From Clostridia bacterium (GTDB lineage: Bacteria; Bacillota; Clostridia; Oscillospirales; CAG-272), in NCBI GenBank assembly GCA_017390195.1, contig JAFPCR010000002.1, positions 1 through 49,651 on the forward strand: a stretch of 49,651 nt of DNA. The letters run 5' to 3'. The position numbers and the translations under genes were made by a program. The notes under the pieces are model-generated. The model made no database searches and was not told the origin of the DNA. It worked only from the letters and a program-made list of their open reading frames with translations. Of this stretch, positions 45,296 through 49,651 are shown in pieces (the first letter of the stretch is position 1; each line of letters starts with the position of its first letter).

Positions 45296-45915
45296 ATATC
45301 AAAAATCCAAACCGCAAGATAAAGTTTTCGGCATCCCTGAGTATGTTTCCTATCCTCTTCTGCATCATAAGCTGCAACGGCCCGAGATACGCTTTTATTG
45401 CCATCGGCACGGCGGTCATTCACGAGCTTGGACACATTATTGCCGCCAAGCTCCTTAAAATAAATATAAGCTCTATGAAGCTCGATATGCTCGGTGCGAG
45501 AATAAACATGGGAAGTGAGCTTGTCTCCTATCCTCGTGAAATTCTTTTATGTGCGGCAGGTCCCGGTGCCAATATACTTACAGTGCTCGTGTGCCTTCTG
45601 TTTATACACTCTGAGACTGTTGCCTTTGTTGCTGCATCATCTGCCGTACTCGCCACTATCAACCTGATGCCCATTCACAGCTTCGACGGTGGAAGAATCC
45701 TATCCTCTGTAATTTCATCTTTTTTCGGAACGCTTGTCTCTCGCAGAGTCGTTGATATAACCTCCGCTATCTGTCTGTCGATCGTTTGGATAATATCCTC
45801 TTATCTGCTCCTACGTGTCGGGGCATCTTTATCCGTTTTTATCTTCTGTATTTCGGTTTTCGGCTCTGTTTTTTTAGCGAGAGACAACGAAATCAAGCCC
45901 GACGAGGTAAGTTGA
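45292..45915 (+). CDS. minimal site-2 protease (M50, SpoIVFB-like, no CBS/PDZ domain)
   Basis: HELGH in a TM helix and NLMPIHSFDGGR (the NxxPxxxxDG motif). 207 aa, entirely hydrophobic core. Confidence 0.8.
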   Translation: MNIKNPNRKIKFSASLSMFPILFCIISCNGPRYAFIAIGTAVIHELGHIIAAKLLKINISSMKLDMLGARINMGSELVSYPREILLCAAGPGANILTVLVCLLFIHSETVAFVAASSAVLATINLMPIHSFDGGRILSSVISSFFGTLVSRRVVDITSAICLSIVWIISSYLLLRVGASLSVFIFCISVFGSVFLARDNEIKPDEVS

Positions 45916-46034
45916 GGATTTCGGAGAATAACGGAGATTTCAGCAGTTTAACAAACTTTTTTCGTGGGTTTGGTTGAAAAAATTCATTTTTTGAAGTTTT
46001 TTTGCAAAAATCTAAAGAAATTTGAAAAAACATA

Positions 46035-46063
46035 TTGCATTTTGTCTCATTATCTGCTACAAT
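46035..46063 (+). promoter_or_regulatory. sigma-A promoter of the pot operon
   Basis: TTGCAT (46035-46040), a 17-nt spacer, then TGcTACAAT (extended -10, 46058-46063). Confidence 0.6.
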
Positions 46064-46179
46064 ACTTCCCGTACATTTACAAGGAGTGATCCTTTGGCGT
46101 TCAGCAAACGCAAAGGCAATCAGTTTATGGTCTTGTAAAAACGTAAATTTGTGCATATAACAAGGAGATTTTATGCGAA

Positions 46180-47301
46180 ATGAACGAAACCACTCTTATC
46201 AGTTTAAGGGACGTAAGTAAAGCATTTGACGGAGAAACCGTACTTGATGCTATCAGTCTTGATATTCACGACAAAGAGTTCGTAACTCTTCTCGGTCCGT
46301 CAGGATGCGGAAAAACCACAACACTGCGTATTATCGGCGGTTTTGAATACCCCGACGCAGGAACGGTCATTTTTGACGGCAAGGAGATAAACGACGTGCC
46401 GCCTTACAAAAGACCTGTAAACACAGTCTTTCAGAAATACGCACTGTTCCCCAACATGAATGTTTTTGAAAACATTGCCTTCGGGCTGAGGATCAAAAAA
46501 ACGTCCGAAGAAGAAATAGTAACACGTGTAAAAGAAATGCTTGCACTCGTCAACCTCAAGGGATTTGAACGCAGACGTGTCAATACTCTTTCAGGCGGAC
46601 AGCAACAAAGAGTTGCTATCGCAAGAGCTCTTATAAACAATCCTAAGGTCCTGCTTCTTGACGAGCCTCTCGGGGCACTCGACCTAAAGTTACGCAAGGA
46701 TATGCAGAACGAACTTAAAAATATGCAGCAAAAGACCGGCATAACCTTTATTTACGTTACCCACGATCAGGAAGAGGCTCTTTCCATGTCGGACACGGTC
46801 GTTGTAATGTCGGGTGGAAAGATCCAGCAGATCGGCTCTCCCACTACTATCTACAACGAGCCAATAAACGCATTCGTTGCCGACTTTATCGGAGAGAGTA
46901 ACATACTCAACGGCGTTATGATCTCGGATTTCAAGGCGAAATTTTCGGGTCAGACATTCAAATGTCTTGACAGCGGATTTGCCCCCAACGAGCCTGTTGA
47001 CGTAGTTGTACGTCCCGAGGATGTAGACGTTGTTCCGCTTGACAAGGGTATGCTTTCGGGAACTGTCACGTCTGTTACCTTTAAGGGCGTTCACTATGAG
47101 ATCATCGTTGATATCGGTGGCTTTAAGTGGATGATACAAACTACAGATTTTGTGGCTGTCGGCGAGATCATCGGTCTTTACATTGAACCTGATGCTATCC
47201 ATGTAATGAAAAAGTCCGAATTTTCGGGTATGTTCGGCGATTACTCCTCATACAGCGACGAGCTTGATCGTCTTTCGGATGTAACGGAGGAGAACGAATG
47301 A
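46180..47301 (+). CDS. potA: spermidine/putrescine ABC transporter ATP-binding protein
   Basis: GPSGCGKTT Walker [16 protein letters not shown] signature, LLLDEP Walker B, and a C-terminal TOBE-like regulatory domain. Confidence 0.92.
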   Translation: MNETTLISLRDVSKAFDGETVLDAISLDIHDKEFVTLLGPSGCGKTTTLRIIGGFEYPDAGTVIFDGKEINDVPPYKRPVNTVFQKYALFPNMNVFENIAFGLRIKKTSEEEIVTRVKEMLALVNLKGFERRRVNTLSGGQQQRVAIARALINNPKVLLLDEPLGALDLKLRKDMQNELKNMQQKTGITFIYVTHDQEEALSMSDTVVVMSGGKIQQIGSPTTIYNEPINAFVADFIGESNILNGVMISDFKAKFSGQTFKCLDSGFAPNEPVDVVVRPEDVDVVPLDKGMLSGTVTSVTFKGVHYEIIVDIGGFKWMIQTTDFVAVGEIIGLYIEPDAIHVMKKSEFSGMFGDYSSYSDELDRLSDVTEENE

Positions 47302-48125
47302 AAAAGAAATCCATACTTGAAAGAGTGGCTGCTGTGCCGCACACGGTGTGGATGATAATGTTCATCGTTGCACCGATGATCTTCGTTTTGTTCTTTGCAT
47401 TCACAGATATAAACGGAAATTTCTCGTTTATCAACATCACACGTCTTGCACAGTATTCAAACGTTTTCCTTCTTTCTATAGGCTTTGCTCTCATAGCGAC
47501 TGTAATTTGTCTGCTAATAGGATACCCTTTGGCATATTTTCTCGCAAAAACAAAGCCATCAACGCAGAAAATTTTAGTTCTTTTGATCATGCTTCCGATG
47601 TGGATAAGCCTGCTTATACGCACATATTCGCTTATGGCTCTGCTTGACAACGGAGGTCTGCTCAATTCCCTGCTCAATCAACTCGGTCTTGCTGACATAA
47701 ACATCGTGGGTACTACTCAAGGTGTCATTCTCGGTATGATATACGACTTTTTGCCGTACATGGTTCTTCCGATATACACCGCCATAACAAAGATCGACCC
47801 TAAATGTCTTGAAGCAGCGTCAGACCTCGGTTGCAACAATTTTAAGGTAATGACAAAGGTGATAATTCCTCTGTCAGCCCCCGGCATAATTTCAGGAATT
47901 ACGATGGTCTTCATTCCGTCTATCAGCACGTTCTACATTTCACAGAAGCTCGGTGCGGGAAAATTTGACCTTATCGGAGATACTATAGAGCGTTTGTTCC
48001 AAAATGTCGGCACCTACAACGTCGGTGCGGCTATCTCGCTCGTTATGATGATATTGATCACGATCTCGGTCGTAGTTATGAATAAGTTCTCAGGAAACGA
48101 CGATGACGGAGGTATCATAGTATGA
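47298..48125 (+). CDS. potB: spermidine/putrescine ABC transporter permease
   Basis: Six-TM profile and an EAA loop ([20 protein letters not shown]). It has a 4-nt overlap with potA. Confidence 0.88.
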   Translation: MKKKSILERVAAVPHTVWMIMFIVAPMIFVLFFAFTDINGNFSFINITRLAQYSNVFLLSIGFALIATVICLLIGYPLAYFLAKTKPSTQKILVLLIMLPMWISLLIRTYSLMALLDNGGLLNSLLNQLGLADINIVGTTQGVILGMIYDFLPYMVLPIYTAITKIDPKCLEAASDLGCNNFKVMTKVIIPLSAPGIISGITMVFIPSISTFYISQKLGAGKFDLIGDTIERLFQNVGTYNVGAAISLVMMILITISVVVMNKFSGNDDDGGIIV

Positions 48126-48946
48126 AAATCTTCTCAAAGATCTATATGTGGATAATCTTTCTGATCTTGTACGCTCCGATTATCGTTATGATCGTTTTCT
48201 CGTTTAATGACGGTGGAAGCTTGAGCAGTTTTACAGAATTTTCTTTTAAATGGTATGAGGAGCTTTTTCACGATGATGCCGCTTTCGGTGCGTTGAAGAA
48301 TTCTCTCATTCTCGCACTTGCTTCGTCGGTTCTGGCTTGTATTATAGGTACTTTTGCCGCTATGGGTCTCAACGCCATGAAAAGCAAGTACATAAAAGCT
48401 ACGATCTCGTCTGTAACAAACATTCCGATGATGAACCCGGATATCGTAACGGGCGTATCCATGATGCTTTTGTTCGTCGCTGTTGCAGGAATAATAAACA
48501 TTCCCGTAAATCTCGGCTTTTGGACGATGCTCATAGCACACACGACATTTAACCTTCCCTATGTAATTTTGTCAGTCCTCCCACGTTTCAAGCAGATGGA
48601 TAAATCGTTGGTTGAAGCTGCACTCGATCTCGGTGGCACTCCCACATATGCGTTTTTCAAGGTTCAGCTTCCCGAAATACTGCCCGGGATCATCTCAGGA
48701 CTTATGCTCGGATTTACTTTGTCTCTCGATGACTTCGTCATCAGTCACTTTGTAAGCTCACCAAACTTCCAGACCCTTCCGCTTTACATTTACAATCAGA
48801 CCGCTCACAACGTAAAATTCAGCATGTACGCTTTGTGTGCGATAGTTGTTGTGGTAATTCTTTGCCTTCTCCTTTTAGTCAACTTTATGGGTTCGATAAG
48901 CAATTACCGTAACCGCAAAAAGGATCTAAAGCATATGGGTGCATAA
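48122..48946 (+). CDS. potC: spermidine/putrescine ABC transporter permease
   Basis: Six-TM profile and an EAA loop (EAALDLGGTPTYAFFKVQLP). It has a 4-nt overlap with potB. Confidence 0.88.
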   Translation: MKIFSKIYMWIIFLILYAPIIVMIVFSFNDGGSLSSFTEFSFKWYEELFHDDAAFGALKNSLILALASSVLACIIGTFAAMGLNAMKSKYIKATISSVTNIPMMNPDIVTGVSMMLLFVAVAGIINIPVNLGFWTMLIAHTTFNLPYVILSVLPRFKQMDKSLVEAALDLGGTPTYAFFKVQLPEILPGIISGLMLGFTLSLDDFVISHFVSSPNFQTLPLYIYNQTAHNVKFSMYALCAIVVVVILCLLLLVNFMGSISNYRNRKKDLKHMGA

Positions 48947-49007
48947 CGAAAAACAAAATCTGTTTCAGCCGTTGCCTTTGCGTAACGGGTATGGGTATTG
49001 AATAAAA

Positions 49008-49651
49008 ATGAAAATGAAAAAATTTATATCTTGTATTACGCTCGTTGTACTTGCCTTGGTCTCGCTGTTCATTTTCGCATCCTGCGGCACAGGCGACGAG
49101 ACTACCGAAAATCTTCCTGCCGGAACCACGACCTTGTATGTTTACAACTGGGGAGAGTACATGGCTGACGGCTCGGAGGGTTCTCTCGATGTCAACGAAG
49201 CATTTGAAGAATGGTATTACGAAAACTACGGTGTAAAGGTTTCCGTTAACTACTCTACGTATTCGAGCAACGAAGACTTATATGCAAAGATCAGCAGTGG
49301 GGCTGTCAATTATGACGTAATAATCCCTTCGGACTACATGATCGAGCGTATGATATCCGAGGGACTGTTAGCTCCGCTTAACAAAGATAACATTACAAAT
49401 TTCTCCAACATTGACGAAGCCTTTGTCGGAGATAACTGCGATTACGACCCCGGAAACGTTTACTCGGTTCCATATTTCTACGGAATGATCGGTGTTATCT
49501 ACAATACCGAGTTCGTTGACGAAGAGGACTTAGGTAGCTGGGATCTGCTTTGGAACGAAAAATATTCGGGAAACATCCTTCAGTTCAACAATTCCCGTGA
49601 CGCTTTCGGAACAGCACAGTACTATCTCGGTTACGATGTAAACACGTCTAC
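49008..49651 (+). CDS. potD: spermidine/putrescine-binding lipoprotein, 5' part (runs off the window end)
   Basis: Hand translation gives MKMKKFISCITLVVLALVSLFIFASCGTGDE.. (lipobox FASC), then LYVYNWGEY....YDVIIPSDYMIERM, typical of PotD. The frame is open to position 49651. It is absent from the ORF track because it has no stop. Confidence 0.85.
   Translation, partial: MKMKKFISCITLVVLALVSLFIFASCGTGDETTENLPAGTTTLYVYNWGEYMADGSEGSLDVNEAFEEWYYENYGVKVSVNYSTYSSNEDLYAKISSGAVNYDVIIPSDYMIERMISEGLLAPLNKDNITNFSNIDEAFVGDNCDYDPGNVYSVPYFYGMIGVIYNTEFVDEEDLGSWDLLWNEKYSGNILQFNNSRDAFGTAQYYLGYDVNTS

Noticed and set aside
46173-46220. Alternative ATG at 46173 for potA
   Set aside because: It is out of frame with PotA and gives a 15-aa peptide. 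The in-frame ATG at 46180 yields the canonical ABC N-terminus. The upstream ATG may still matter for regulation, as noted in the findings.

Overview
This window looks like core chromosome from an endospore-forming Firmicute with Clostridia-like gene order and moderate GC content. It is almost fully packed with housekeeping and sporulation genes in syntenic blocks known from Bacillus and Clostridium. On the + strand: an orphan peptide-binding lipoprotein, an MBL hydrolase, gltX-glnS, lon-engB-S2P-scpA-scpB-ytfI/ytfJ-like-dacB-like-rluB, spo0A, a polysaccharide deacetylase, a small-protein/S2P pair, and potABCD (potD truncated by the window end). On the - strand: gpr, rpsU, typA, rnpB, leuS, rsfS, an LCP gene, yqeK-nadD-yhbY, rdgB, ftsY-smc, a radical SAM gene, rnc, plsX, trmFO, topA, dprA, a TrmH-family methylase, rplT-rpmI-infC and tRNA-Leu(GAG). 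Several features are missing or mis-delimited in the ORF track: rpsU (58 aa), RNase P RNA, tRNA-Leu, an ATT start codon for infC with an L20-type attenuator leader, the open-ended potD, and over-extended N-termini for lon, scpA, the dacB-like gene, the HAD hydrolase and rpmI. I found no CRISPR array, transposase, integrase, phage gene, toxin-antitoxin pair or defence-island-like cluster, and no convincing novel multi-gene system. The most unexplained items are small. They are (1) an orphan promoter, Shine-Dalgarno-like box and 82-nt hairpin with a U-tract upstream of lon; (2) a 36-bp direct repeat and a tRNA 3'-end-like fragment next to tRNA-Leu; (3) a translationally coupled small membrane protein plus minimal site-2 protease; and (4) a 14-codon leader ORF with a hairpin upstream of potA. 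All functional calls rest on motif recognition by eye, and no database search was run.
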